From the NCBI RefSeq assembly GCF_009914755.1, contig NC_060925.1: 64,000 nt of DNA. One strand, given 5' to 3'. The notes under the pieces were generated by a model. The model was given only the letters and a program-made list of their open reading frames with translations. It was not told the origin of the DNA and did not search any database. This document shows, piece by piece, positions 1-35,733 of this stretch. Source of the stretch: the human T2T-CHM13v2.0 reference genome, Homo sapiens. The translations under genes and the position numbers were made by a program. Positions within the stretch are counted from its first letter, which is position 1. The number at the start of each line of letters is the position of its first letter.

Positions 1-762
1 AAAACCACAGTTCACAGGGAGGGGAACAAGATGGCGGCTTTCATTATCAATAGAAGATGAAGGTTTTCCCTGCCTTGAATCTCTTATATAGCTCATGTTG
101 ATAACTGCACTGCATGGAGTTCATTCTGCTCCAAGCAATGCCATGTGAGGCTATGAAGATCACAAAGTCAAACGTAGGTCATGATTCGTAAACTCCCTTC
201 CACCCAAAGCAGTCGTGTTCTTTCTTCCTCTTGCTTCTGCATCCTTAGCCATGGGTTGGCAACCTCCCATCCACCCAATCTGGCTCTTGGGATATTCAGC
301 AAACCCACAAATGTTCAAATATCAGCTGGGCCAGCTTATATATGCACACTGTGGGTTTTCTGACTTGTTCATTTCATACGCGTTTGTGGAGTGCCTACTA
401 TGTGCAGAGCAGGGGAGAGATTCAAATTCAGTCCACGCTGATTGAAGTCTTTGCTGGCTTCTCCTTTTCCCTGAATGAAACTAAAGTGTTGCTTGCACCG
501 CATAGATCGTTCCTATGTCTTTGCTAAGATGCTGGGGGGTAACTGACTTCTGTGGAGATTCTTCTCAAAGGAGTCTTGTTTAACAGAAGAATGAAGACAC
601 TAACTACAAAGGAATGAAGGATGCATTTTCAGATCCTGCAGCAAATGAAAAATATTTCCATTGCATGGAAGCCTTCCTGGGGTCCCTGACATGCATAGGA
701 TGTCATGTCATGACATGAGCCATGAACATCTCTGCACATGGAGCCCACATCCCTTGGTCTAG

Positions 763-1520
<758 letters not shown>

Positions 1521-1823
1521 AACCCCACAATAATTATTTTATTATTGTTATTATTGTTTAAATATTTAGTTATGATTATTTAAGGAATTTATTATTATTT
1601 GCCTCCCTGCATGAGAACACAATGGTCCCCCAGGCAGAGAAGTCGGCTGTCTCTTCCCCGCGTCGTCCCAGCACTAGGACAGTGCCCAGAATGCAGTCGG
1701 ACTCCGTAAACATTTGTAAATGAAGGAAGGAAGACATACGTTCCCTTTCTTCTCCATCTGTGCCTGGTGGAATTGTTCACCAATTCCAGGCAACCCTATG
1801 GTCTGCACCACTGGGGGGACTTC

Positions 1824-2120
1824 CTTTTTTTTTTTTTGGAAACAGAGTCTCACTCTGTGGCCCAGGCTGGAGGACCGGGGCGCGATCTCGGCTCACTGCA
1901 ACCTCTGCTTCCTGGGCTCAAGTGATACATGTGCCTCGGCCTTCTGAGTAGCTGGAATTACAGGCACCTGCCACTACACCCGGAAAATTTTTGTATTATC
2001 TGTAGAGAAAGAGTTTCGCCATGTTGGCCAGGTTGGTCTCGAACTCCTGGCCTCAAGCAATCTGCCTTCTTTGGCCTCCCAAAGTGCTGGGATTACAGGC
2101 GTGAGCCACTGTGCCCGGCC
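1824..2120 (-). mobile_element. Alu
   Basis: Reverse Alu flanked by CACTGGGGG(G)ACTT TSD. Confidence 0.9.
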
Positions 2121-2614
2121 CACTGGGGGACTTCTAATTCCCCCCTAAGTGACAGTTGGCCTCCCACAGCCCGCATGACAGCTCCCCAGACCACGGCCCA
2201 CAGAAGTCGCTGCTGCCGTTCCCGACACGCAGGCTGGGTGGATGGGCTGACTTGGGCAGCCCACCCCTCTGCAATTCTACCCCCTTCAGAGCTGCCCCTT
2301 GTCTCAGAATAAAGCGCAGACCCCTCCCCAAGGCCATGGGGCTAAGAGGTCCAATTGCTGCCCGCTGTCCTCTGCCCACAGCCTCCTCTGGGCCCCCTTC
2401 TCCTTCACTTGCTCGGCTCCAGCAAGTCGAGCTTCCTTTGGTTTCTTCACAAGGTCCACCTGGCCCCTTGTCCCCTCCAGGTGTCAACCCAGCGCTCCCT
2501 CCTCAGACAGGCACCATCTGATGTCTTCTCTAGAAGCCATCTCTGCTCCCCACCCCGCTTCCCAGCCAGTCCCTGTCCGCCGCATCTGCTGTGTGTGTGT
2601 CTCTGGCTTCTCTA

Positions 2615-3306
<692 letters not shown>

Positions 3307-3431
3307 TCATCAATGAACAACCTGTGCCCAGGAGAGCACCTGGCATCAATAAACAACAGTAATATCTGCTGGATATGGGGATGCATGACCGCTCCAGGTA
3401 CTTGGCCTGTGGCTGTCTTTCCACCACCTTC

Positions 3432-3901
3432 TGTATGAGTCTCCCAGGACCACTGTAACAAAGTTCCACAGACTGGGGGGGCTGGAACACCAGAAACTCA
3501 TTTCCTCACAGCTCTGGAGGCCGGAAAGCCAAGTTAAGGTGTGAGCAGGGCTGGTTTCTCCTGAGGCCTCTCCGTGGTTTGCAGACACCACCTTCTCCCT
3601 GTGTCCTCACAGGGCCTTCCCTCTGTGTATGCCTGTGTCCCAATCGCCTCTTCTTATGAGGACAGCAGTCCGACTGGATTAGGGCTCACCCTAACGACCT
3701 TATTTTCACTCAGTGACCTCTTTAAAGACCCTATCTCCAAGTAGAGTCATTTGGAGGTACTGGGGGTTAGGGCTTCAATATTGAATTATGGCTTCAGTAT
3801 ACGAATATTGAGGTAACACAATAAATGAATTTGGGGGCTTCAGTATATGAATTTGGGGCTTCAATATATGAATTTGGGGGGACACAATTCAGCTCCTAAC
3901 A
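3432..3901 (-). mobile_element. MaLR LTR (MLT1B-like)
   Basis: Matches recalled MLT1 motifs (GTAACAAA..CCACAGACTGG; GGATTAGGGC; GGGGGACACAATTCAGC). Small internal repeats of GGCTTCA.TATATGAATTTGGGG. Confidence 0.75.
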
Positions 3902-4664
3902 AGCCCCATGCAATCCACTTAGGAAGGAGGGAAGGAAGGAAGGAAGGAAGCCCCCACCGCCTCCCCGTCTTGGGCTGGCTGGGACCACACTCTTCCGCTG
4001 GCCTCGGATTTCAGGGCCCAGCTCTTAGCCTCCCTCCCACCCCTTCCTCCCAGGGACCTCAACCTCCCTGTTGCTCATGTTGTACTCATTGAGACCTCTC
4101 CTTAGATCCTGTTTATGCAGCCTGGTATCCTGTTGCTAAGCCCACCGCAGGTCAATTGCTCCCATTGGTTCAGTGCTTACTAAGGGCCAAGCGCTGCCTG
4201 GCCATATTCTCCACATTAAACATATTTAACCCTCACGTAACCCACAAGGCAGCTCTGACTCTCCCTCCTGTTACATGGGAGGAAACCCAAGCTCAGACAG
4301 GTCAAATGACTCAACCGAGGTCACAGAGCGGAAAGCGGGGGACCCAGAGTCCACCCAGGCTTCAGCTCCAGGCACGAGCTCTGAGCACTGCTCAACCACA
4401 GACTACCAGGGCATGTCACAAGTGGGGAGGGGGCAACAGGCAGGCTGGCACCCTTCGAGCCTCAGCACATGAGGCAATTGGTAAACTAACGACCAAGGAA
4501 GAGACAGGAACATAATAAAGAGCAGAATACAAATATAAGAATGAAAAACATGGCAATCTGGGTCCTTTTCATATAAGGACTAAGCGTTGTATATACCTTA
4601 ATAGGCTCCATATACATCACTGCCACAGGACTGTAGGACACCGCAGAAAAGGAGTCTGTTCAGT

Positions 4665-5144
4665 TAGGGCTGGCCGATGTAGCGAATATTATTATAGGAC
4701 TCCCAGTTAAATTCAAATTTCATAAACACTGATTTTTTTTAGTGCCAGTATGAAATATTTGGTACATGCTTTTACTAAGAATTTATTTGTTGTTTATCTA
4801 AAATTCCAATTTAGGCCAGGCACAGTGGCTCACGCCTGTAATCCTAGCACTTTGGGAGGCCAAGACAGGTGGATCACTTGAAGTCAGGAGTTTGAGACCA
4901 GCCTGGCCAACATGGTGAAACCCCATCTCTACTAAAAATATAAAAATTAGCTGGGCATGGTGGCGTGTGCCTGTGATCTCAGCTACTCGGGAGGCTGAGG
5001 CAAGAGAGTCGCTTGAATCTGGGAGGCGGTGGTTGCAGTGAGCCGAGATCGCATCACTGCACTCCAGCCTGGCTGACAGAGTGAGACTCTGCCTCAAAAA
5101 AAAAAAAAAAAAAAAAAAATTAACTGCGTACCTTGTGTGCTAAA
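4665..5144. mobile_element. MER53-like hAT MITE interrupted by a + strand Alu (4813-5119)
   Basis: TAGGG...CCCAGTTAAATT.AAATTTCA.AAAC...TTGTTTATCT.AAATT then, after the Alu, TTAACTG; fits the recalled MER53 consensus. Confidence 0.7.
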
Positions 5145-5347
5145 GGGTCATTTAGGCATGGCACATTTTATTTTAGCCATTTTGGAAGGATGTCTCTGTA
5201 AAATGCATGCCATGCTCTCTTGCTTACTGAAATCCAATGCCCACTTTACGCCTGGCTTGAGGGACCAAGAGAGCATGCCATGCATTTTAGAGAGACATCC
5301 TCCCAAAACAGATAAAATAAAATGGGTCATGCCTAAATGACCCTTTA
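5141..5347. mobile_element. Palindromic MITE-like element (82-bp inverted arms, 43-bp spacer)
   Basis: Outer 20 bp perfectly inverted (TAAAGGGTCATTTAGGCATG / CATGCCTAAATGACCCTTTA); 8 mismatches over 82 bp. Family not identified. Confidence 0.75.
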
Positions 5348-5384
5348 TAACAGATATAACCAATCAAAAGTATAAATTAGAGAT

Positions 5385-11475
<6,091 letters not shown>

Positions 11476-11479
11476 AGTG

Positions 11480-12685
11480 GTGGTGTTTTTACAATGGTAA
11501 ATGACCATCACCACCATCCATCTCCAGAACTTTTCATGTTCCAAAACAGAAATTTTGTCCCCATTAAACACTAACTCCCATTTCCTGTCCTCTAGCCTCC
11601 TGGAAGCCACCTTTCTGTCTGTCTCTATGAATTTGTCCATTTTAAGTATCTCACATAAGTGGAATCAAACAATATTTGTCTTTTTGTGACTGGCTTCTTT
11701 CACTTAACATCACGTTTTCAAGTTTCATCCATGTTGTAACATGTGTCAGAATTTCGTTCCTTTTCATGGCTGAGTAATATTCCATTGTATGGATAGACCA
11801 TATTTTGTTTCTCCTCGCCCATTTACAGACATTTGGGCTGTTCTTTTGTAACTATTGCTGCTATGAACATTAATGTACAAGTATTGAGTCCATGCTTTCA
11901 ATTCTTCCCAGGGTTGGAATTGCCGGCTCACACAGCAATTCTATATTTAACTTTTTTTTTTTTTTTTTTAGATGGAGTCTTGCTCTATCGCCCAGGCTGG
12001 AGTGCAGTGGCATGATCTCCGACTCCTGGGTTCAAGCAATTCTCCTGCCTCAGCCTCCCGAGTAGCTGGGATTACAGGCGCACGCCACCACGCTCAGCTA
12101 GTTTTTGTGTTTTTAGTAGAGATGGGGTTTCACCATGTTAGCCAGGCTGGTCTCAAACTCCTGACCTCAGGTGATTTACCTGCCTTCGCCTCCCAAAGTG
12201 CTGGGATTACAGGCGTGAGCCACCAAGCCCGGCCTATATTTAACTTTTAAAGGAACTGCTAAACTGTTTCCACAGCAGTTGTACTGCTTTACTATCCCAT
12301 CTGCAGTGCGGGAGGTTTCCATTTTCTCTACATCCTTGCCAACACTTGTTATTTTCTTTTTTGTTGTTGTTTATCATAGCCATCCTAGGGGTATGAAATG
12401 GTGTCTCCTAGTGGTTTTGATTTGCATTTCCCTAGTGACTAAAGATACTAAGCACCTTTTCATGTGCTTATTGTCCATTTGTATATCTTCTTCGGAAAAG
12501 TCTACTCAAGTCTTTTGCCAGTTTTTGAATTGGGTTGTTTGGAATTTTTGCTCTTCAGGTGTAGGACTTCTTTATATATTCTGAATATTAATTATTTATG
12601 AGATGCATGACTTTCAAATATTTTCTCCCGGTCTGCAGGTTGTCTTTTCACTTTCTTGATAGTGTCTTTTGATGCATAACCAAAT
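11480..12685 (-). mobile_element. Old L1 (L1M) 3' fragment interrupted by an Alu (11952-12235, -)
   Basis: Antisense L1 motifs (TTTTTGTGACTGGCTTCTTTCACTTA; GTGGTTTTGATTTGCATTTCCCT; TTGTCTTTTCACTTTCTTGATAGTGTC). Confidence 0.85.
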
Positions 12686-12847
12686 GTGACTTTCTGCATA
12701 TGTAAAAATAATCACTGATCTGACAAAGATCGGCTAGGTGACAACTATGCGATATTAATCCATTCACCCATTGAACCCACAAACATGTAGAAGAAGAGCC
12801 TGGTGCTGGGTGCTGGGGAGGGCTCTATGAATAAGATACAGTAGCCT

Positions 12848-15360
<2,513 letters not shown>

Positions 15361-15469
15361 AGGCATCATCTTTGATTATACCACTTCCCTGGTCACTTAC
15401 ATCTAATCCATCAGCAAATCCCATCCATTTCCTCTCCCTAACCTCTCTCCATAGAACACAGACGTCCTC

Positions 15470-17180
<1,711 letters not shown>

Positions 17181-17289
17181 TAAAAGACCGCAGCACTGTG
17201 CAGGAAGCCCATCAGACCCTCCCAGAGACTCCTCCACACCTGACCAACGTGCTTCTCCTCTAGGCCTGTGACCCAGGAGCCCAAAGGAC

Positions 17290-17845
17290 TTTTCTAAAAT
17301 GAAAACTGATCACGCCACTCTCTCATTTAAGATTCTCATTTAAAATTCCCTAGAACCTTCTGTTACAAATTAGAGTGAACCCCACAGTTCCTACTGTGGT
17401 CTACGAGGCCCTGCAGGTCTCAGTCCTGCAATCTGCTCCTGGGTGCTGAGCTCAGTGCTCTGCGTGCTGGCCTCCTTCCCGTTCTTCAATGAAGCCAAGC
17501 CAGTTCCTGCCTCAGGGCCTTTGCACCTGCTGTTCTGTCCACCCAGAATGCTCTTCCTCCAGCTCTTGCACGACTGGCCTCTTTCCCTCTAGTCTCAGTC
17601 AAACATCACCTTTTGGAGAGGCCACCCTTAAGGACCCAGTCAGACATTTTCTTCCATCACTTGGTTTTATGTGCTTTGTGGCATCTGCCACTCTCTGTCA
17701 CGATTCACTTGTTTATTGTCTGTCTCCCCACCATGCCTGCCTACTTGGAGTAGAATCTGAGCTCCCTGAGAGCAGGGGCCTGGTTCGCTGCTGTGCCCCC
17801 TGAGCCTGGCACATGCCTGGTGCATGGTGTTGGCTGCATGAATGA
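17290..17845 (+). mobile_element. L2 3' fragment
   Basis: CCTCAGGGCCTTTGCAC.TGCTGTT..; GCTCC.TGAG.GCAGGG; GCCTGGCACA..; ends TGAATGA. Confidence 0.7.
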
Positions 17846-18784
17846 GGGGTGCCTTACCTCGTTCAGGACTGGACAGCGGAGAGGTGCCAGGGTTGGACCA
17901 ATGCAGGGTTGTCTCCTGCTGTGACCCTGCAGCCACTTGGGAACTGCCGCCTCACCAGAGGCTTCCAAACTTCTGGCCCCAGACCAACCCACTGCAGTGT
18001 CAGGGCTGGGGAAAGACAGTGCCTGCTTCCTGGAGAAGCCAATGGGAAGCCAGCGGCTGTTTGGTGAGGTCCTGCTGACCAGCATATTTCCCCTCTGAGG
18101 GTTCCTTGTCCTTCCCCCAGACCCCAGGCTCATCCATCGCCTGGATGTCCCCAGGCTGCGTCTCTACTTGGCCTGAAGGAGATGATGCAGCTTTTGCTGG
18201 TGCAGAGATGTCTGGGGTGGCTGCCAGCACTTTTATCTTCTCATTTTATCTGCCAGCCAAGAGCTTCTCCCTGCCTTTGCCTCTTGAAGCTTAAGGCAAG
18301 AAACATCGACCTTGAGTACAGGAGCTTCCCTCTTCATTACTCAAGGTCCCCTGTCCTGGTTCATATCCAGGCCAGCTGCTCCCCAGTCTCCTCTCTTCTC
18401 TTCCCTCGACTCTCCTTCCCCCAGGCAGCCTCAAAACAAAATCTGGGGCTTTTTTCTCCTGAGATCCCGCTCAGGAAGTAGTAGCACTGATAGTTTGTCC
18501 CTTTTCCCCAGGGGCACCAACAGATTGTGGCCAAGCTGAAGTCCCTTGGAGCCTCTGCAGAGCGAAGGAGACTCCAGCACCTGGACTCGGTGGCTCAGGC
18601 TCCCTAGCTTACACCACGTGCATTTGACAAACAGTTTTTGAGGGCCTGTTATTTGCCAGGCATTGGTCTTCCAGGGTCTACCTTCTGGACCAGGGAGGCA
18701 CTTTGGGCATACCATGTTGCACGTCTATGCAAGCCACAGCTCTTGGAGCATACCACGGAACAGCCTGCATTGTTGGGCTGTCCC

Positions 18785-21660
<2,876 letters not shown>

Positions 21661-21665
21661 TTGTG

Positions 21666-24230
<2,565 letters not shown>

Positions 24231-25070
24231 TTTTTAAAAAGAGGCTCCTTATGTCTGAGGATGAAAAGATCTACTCGTGGCTGAAAAATCTCTACCTGTT
24301 TCCCTCCCTCCCCACCTCCTGCGAGAAGCAAGACGAAGCCAGCAGAGCTGCCTTAGGGAGTGACACCTGAAAATAGAAACTGCAATGGGATTTTATTTCT
24401 AACTCCACAGGCATCTCTGTGAGTCATTCATCTCTCTGGGTCTCACTTTCCTTGTCTGTAAAGCAGGCTGAATTCACCCTGACTTCTGCCTACACCACAG
24501 TTAAAGGGCTAGGAAGAAAAATCCCCAAAAATCCACTTCATAAATAGAGCCCCAGGGCGCTCCTTATAAAGCACGAGATAAACCACAGACAGAATTCTGG
24601 TCACAGGACACCCCCTGGACCACCCATGGGGCATCATTCCTTTCTCCCGGCTTCCTTCATTCTCCCGGCTTCCTTCACGGGGTTCTGGGCACACCTGGTC
24701 CCTTGTAGCTGCGGTCAGCACGGAAACAAGAAAAGCTTCAGACAGGCAAAGGTGCAGAAACCAATGCCAGGGCCCACAGGGACAAAGTTTTCGATTTTTG
24801 TGTTTTGGGTGGCAGTACTCTCACACCAGGATGACTGGGTCTTAGCACGACCTAATCGTCTTCATGATGGAAAGAAAGCAAAGCAACTGATTGCCCAGAG
24901 AAAACTGGAAGGTACAGAGGCAGGATGAGACTGAGGTGAAGGTAAGGTGAGGAAAGACAGGCGGAGAAATGAAACATCTCAGGGTGGTGTGGGAGTGGAC
25001 ATAGGGTTGGGAGGGCATTGTGACCCCCTAGGCTAATTCCCCCCTCAGACCCCACCCCAACGTTACCTAA

Positions 25071-26683
<1,613 letters not shown>

Positions 26684-27231
26684 CTACTGCCTGATAATGG
26701 TGGGGGACAGGAAGGGGACTGAGTGCTCTGAGAGGCAGCTGATCCCGTTTTCTCACTTAAATACCTCTCACCCTACAGAGAAGCCCTGATTCCATTTGCT
26801 GTCTTTCTTAGCAATGTCTTAGCAAAAGTCTTCTATTTGCCACACGGGTCCAAGCTTCCGCTTACTAAGCACCCAAGTGCCAGACAACCCCGGAGGCAGG
26901 TACTCCCATTGTCCCCACTGTACAGATGAAGAAACTGAACTCAGGGTCACACAAGTGATAAGGGGTGGCAGAGATCTGAAGCTGTGCGCGGAGGCGTGGC
27001 CAGCGTGTGCGCTCCGACTTCTAAATCCCTACTCTGGATATTGAAGACGGGAAAGACCGAGCCGCTCATTCTACAGATGGGGAAAAGCGAGGCCTGAGGA
27101 GTCCCAGAGCGGGTGCCAGATCGTAGGGAGCAGCCAGCACCCCGGGTCCCCTCCACGACACAACCACGTCCCTCGGCCACTTCTGGGTCCCGCGCGCGTC
27201 TCGGACGCGGCAGGACAGCTCTAGGACGCAC

Positions 27232-27247
27232 GGCCACCAGGGGGCCG
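27232..27247 (+). promoter_or_regulatory. Putative CTCF site
   Basis: GGCCACCAGGGGGCCG closely matches the CTCF core CCASYAGRKGGC. A weaker match, CCAGCGGAGGGCG, lies at 27327-27339. Confidence 0.6.
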
Positions 27248-27417
27248 AAGGGAAGGGCGGGGGCGGAGGCTCGGAGCTGACCCACCGCCTCGCCCCGGAA
27301 GCTCCGAGGCCCCGCCCCGGCGGCCGCCAGCGGAGGGCGTGGCCTCGCCGGCGCCCCCGCCCCGCCCCCGCCCCCGCCGCGCGCGCCCCCGCCGCGCGCG
27401 CCCCCGGCCCGGGCCCC

Positions 27418-27710
27418 AGTCTTGCTGAGCGCAAGGCGGTGGAGGCCTGAGGCCTGAGGCCTGGGGCGGGGTGGCGGCCGGGCTGGCCTTGGCCTCGCGC
27501 CTTCCCCTGCGGCCGCCGCGGGCTCCGCGGGCGGTATCGGAGTGTCGTGCGGCGCGTGGCCGCGTGACACGCGCACTTGTCGGAGTGACGGGCCCTGCGG
27601 AAGAGGAGGTGCGGCCCAGGGCGCAGGGGAGCCCTCGGGAGCGGGCCCGGCCCTCAGCGCCGCCCCGGCCGTGTCCCGGAGGAGCGGCCTGCGCCGCCGC
27701 GCGAGAGGAA
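27418..27710 (+). other. H6PD: H6PD exon 1 (non-coding 5'UTR)
   Basis: Strong donor GAA|gtaagc at 27710/27711 and no ATG in the exon. The start is placed at an initiator-like CCAGT and is approximate. Confidence 0.8.
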
Positions 27711-28269
27711 GTAAGCGCCCCCCGCCGGCCCCGCCGCCGCCCCGGCCCCGGCGCCTCCAACCCGCGCTGCCGCCGGGCCCGAGGCCGCGCCGAGCCCCGG
27801 AGCCTGCGCTGCCAGCCCCACGGAGCCTGGGGCTGGCGGCTTTGGAACTGCTCAGGAGGCGGCCAGGCTCCCTCCAGGGTCGCCCCGAGCGGCCGAGCTG
27901 TCCTTTCCCTGGGCTTCCCGGAACTGAGTTCCAGGAGAGGGGGAACTCCGAGATTTCCCCCGGGACCTGCTTAATCTTTGGCATTGATTGGCCCTCGGGT
28001 TTCACATAGCGTTTCCCGTACCCGGATCTAGTGAACGGTTTTCCAGGGGCAAACCTCTCTGGATCTCTGAAAATCAGCTCACCCAACCTTGAATGCTTAG
28101 CCAGAAGTGAGAACTTCTGGAAAGAAGTGTCCTTGCCCACTCCCCCTGCACCCACAACAGGCCCATGGCTCATGAAAGGCAGCAGATGAGGGAAAACTGG
28201 TGTCAAATGGGCATATTTTTTATTTTATCTTTTTACTTTTTTATATAAAAGTAAAAAATCTTTTACTTA

Positions 28270-30176
<1,907 letters not shown>

Positions 30177-30479
30177 ATGTTATTTGACTTCTCTTTGCCT
30201 TAGTTTCCTCTCTACTCCCTGCTAAGATGGGGATAATCATGTTACCTACCTCATATGGTTGTGGCAAGATTTAAATGGTGTGATGCATGTCACACCGATA
30301 GCCTAGCATTTGGCATATAGTTAAATACTCCATAAATAGCTCTTTTATTATTAAAAGTGTTGTTCCAAGTAGTAAGCTGCTGCTGTGTGCTGTGTCACAG
30401 TGCTTGAAGTCACCATTAGAGGTATATTCCTTTGTGCCGTATTTCAAATGCAGAAATGACAGTGGTCCTGTGCAAATGG

Positions 30480-31420
30480 GATTTATTTGTTCATTTAGCA
30501 GATATTTATAGAGCGCCTTCTGTATGCCAGGCCTTGTTTTGGATACTGGAGGTACTGCGGAGAACAAAACAAACAAAAGTCCCTGTCCTCATTGGCACGC
30601 ACACTCTTGGGAAAAGGAATGGCAGACAATAGGCAAAATGAATGTAATTATCATACAGTATATTAGAAAGCGATGTACTGTGGGGAGAAATAAAGCAGGA
30701 GAGGAGGATGGGGGTGGGCGGTTTACAATTTTAGAGTGGTCTGAGTAAGCCTCACTGAGAAGATGACATTTTAGCAAAGAAAAATTAGTGAGGGAGTAAA
30801 CCACGTGGACCTGGTGGGGGACATGGGGGAGTTGGCCAGGCGGAGAGAACAAGTGCAAAGGCCCTGAGGCAGGAGGCTGGGCGGCCAGAGCCTAGACAGG
30901 CAGGATGGTAAGAGAAGAGATCAAAGAGGTAATGGGTGGGAGGCCAGAATGTGTAGACTCTGCAGACATCTGCACAGAGGAATGGCATGATCCAGCTGGA
31001 GCTATAAAAAGGTCACTCTGACTGCCGTGTTGAGGCTCAGCCATAGAGGGTCCAGGTAGACAGAGGAGGCCAATTAGGAAGTTCCTGTAGTAATCCAGAC
31101 GGAGATGACGGTGGCTGGCACTGGAGTGGAGTGGTGGAAGGTGGTGAGAAGCAGTTGTATTCTAGATAAATTTTGAAGATAGAAACTACAGGATTTGCTG
31201 ACAGATACGATGACCTCAAGGTTTCTGGGTCTGAACACCTGGAAAGATAGAGTTGTCATTTACTGATAATGGGGAAAGCTACATTGGAAGCAGATTGGGA
31301 GAGAAATCAGTTCAGTTTTGTACATATTAAGTCTGGCAAACATCCCACTCATGCTCTCAGAATAGCAATTGACTGCATGAGTCTGGAGTTTAGGGGAAGT
31401 TCGGGCTGTAAATAAAGACT
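30480..31420 (-). mobile_element. L2 fragment
   Basis: TTCATTTAGCA.ATATTTAT.GAGCGCCT.CT.TATGCCAGGC; TGCAAAGGCCCTGAGGCAGGA; GAGTTGTCATTTACTGA. Confidence 0.8.
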
Positions 31421-31431
31421 TGGACGGATAG

Positions 31432-31560
31432 GCAGTTGTGTGCTGGTAATGTTTACCAACTGACTCTGTGAGGGGTGGGGTTGGTAGTGGGGAACCTGAT
31501 TTATAGCCTTTGCCTATATCTGTGGTGTAAATATTCTGACGTTGGCCAACTTCAAATACA
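31432..31560. mobile_element. MER63-like hAT fragment
   Basis: CAGT.GTGTGCTGGTAA.TGTTTA.CAAC; CCTGATTT.TAGC.TTTGCC...TGGTGTAAATA. Confidence 0.55.
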
Positions 31561-31666
31561 CTATAATAGAATATCTTCACCTCATAGATGCAGTGGATAT
31601 AAATAATATCAAGAGCATAGATATTAGTGAAATGTAGTCAGATGATTAGGAAGTAATGAGTTTTGA

Positions 31667-34347
<2,681 letters not shown>

Positions 34348-34639
34348 TAGCTGACTTAATTAGATCACGAAGTTAGGCAGTGGTCTTGAGCCCAGGTCCT
34401 TGGACCCCAATGCTTCCTTCTTCTGCTTGACAAAGGAAGCTGTTTAGCATCGTGACTGAGGGTCCAGGCTTTGTGGCTTGACAGTTTCCTTCACCTCCCA
34501 GTTTCCTCGTCTGTAGAATGAGACTCCTCACAGAACCTCCTCCACAAGACTGTTGTGAGGAATGATTGGAAAGGTGCGTTTAAGTCATCTGGCACACGCC
34601 GACTACTTGGTTAACATAGGTATTATTATTGGATTCAGG

Positions 34640-34972
34640 AACAACCAGTTTTTACAAGGGGATGGGCGCATGAAACCATTTGAGACTGTTTCGAAACACC
34701 TGTGTTAGGACCCACCCTACACCTACTGGATCAGAATGTCTCTGTCTTGAGAAAGGGAGCAGGAGGCGAGGACCGCGTGTTTGTTCTGATGCCCTCCTTT
34801 GATGAGAACTGCTGCTCTGGTGCTCGCTGCTCAGTATTCCGGAGTCTCACTACTCAAAGTGTGCTCTTGGACCAGCTGTCAGCACTTCAGGTCCTCTTCC
34901 TTCTGCATCAGAATGTCCTTTTAAAAAGATCCCCAGGAAATTCAAATGCTCATTAAAGTTTGAGAAACACTG
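34640..34972. mobile_element. MER5-like hAT-Charlie fragments
   Basis: CTACTCAAAGTGTG; ACCTACTG.ATCAGAA; TTTAA.AAGATCCCCAGG..ATTC..ATGC.CATTAAAGTTTGAGAA.CACTG. Confidence 0.6.
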
Positions 34973-35733
34973 TAAAGGTTAAAAAAACATAAAAAAAAAA
35001 ATACCCACACATACTACCCCCACCCATTTAGGAAAGAGTTGTTTTTTAGTTGTTTTGCAACCACAGAGTAAGCAATCATGTTGTAATACCCAATATCTTG
35101 GATTTGTTTAAAGGAGTGCTGGCAACATAACAGATAAGGGAGGCCAACCTCAGAACCGGGGACCCACAACAGGACTGGTCAGGGAGGACTGTGGCAAACC
35201 TCAGAGTCAGAACAGGATTAAAGAGAGGGCCAGGAGTCAGTTCAGGCCAGGTGGCCATCCGTCACAGCTGTCTGCAGTCTTCTGGGGTGGGGGCAGAGGT
35301 GCTGGCCCTTGGGGCTCCCCCACCTGCCCATGCCAGGACTCTGGAGGCTTAGCTCCTCCCTTTGTACCAGGCACGTCCAGAGCCCTGGCTACCAGGATCC
35401 GATCAGCAGCTCTGAAGCGCAGCCTGCCAGCTGGCGGCTCCTCCTTCTCCAGGCTGTTCTCTGGGCTTCAGATTTCTTGCTGCCTCTCTCCTGCACTGAC
35501 CTTGCAGCTTCTCCTTCTCTCCAGACGAGCGATTGCCGGTTGAGGAAAAAACGCTTGAAGGGCCAAGGACAGGGACTGGAAAGCAGGAGGAAAAAGCAGA
35601 ATGGTCCTGTGGTCCGTGTGTGTATTTAGGGGTGAGGGCAGATACAGGGAGAGTGGGAGAGGAAGGCTGGGGAGCCACCCGTGTGGCCCTGATCCTCTAG
35701 TTAAAGCTCCAGTGATGGACGCGTCGTGTGTCC

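Larger units (their letters stand above)
26980..28030. promoter_or_regulatory. H6PD: CpG-island promoter of H6PD (TATA-less, multiple GC boxes)
   Basis: Very high GC and CpG density, with repeated CCCCGCCC/GGGGCGGGG boxes at ~27255-27410. It surrounds the exon 1 donor. Confidence 0.92.

Noticed and set aside
27-38. Perfect YY1 motif CAAGATGGCGGC
   Set aside because: Isolated motif at the window edge with no CpG island or other promoter evidence.
26947-28206. 419-aa minus-strand ORF and overlapping ORFs across the promoter
   Set aside because: Low-complexity Gly/Ala/Arg/Pro translation expected from a stop-poor CpG island; no recognisable domain.
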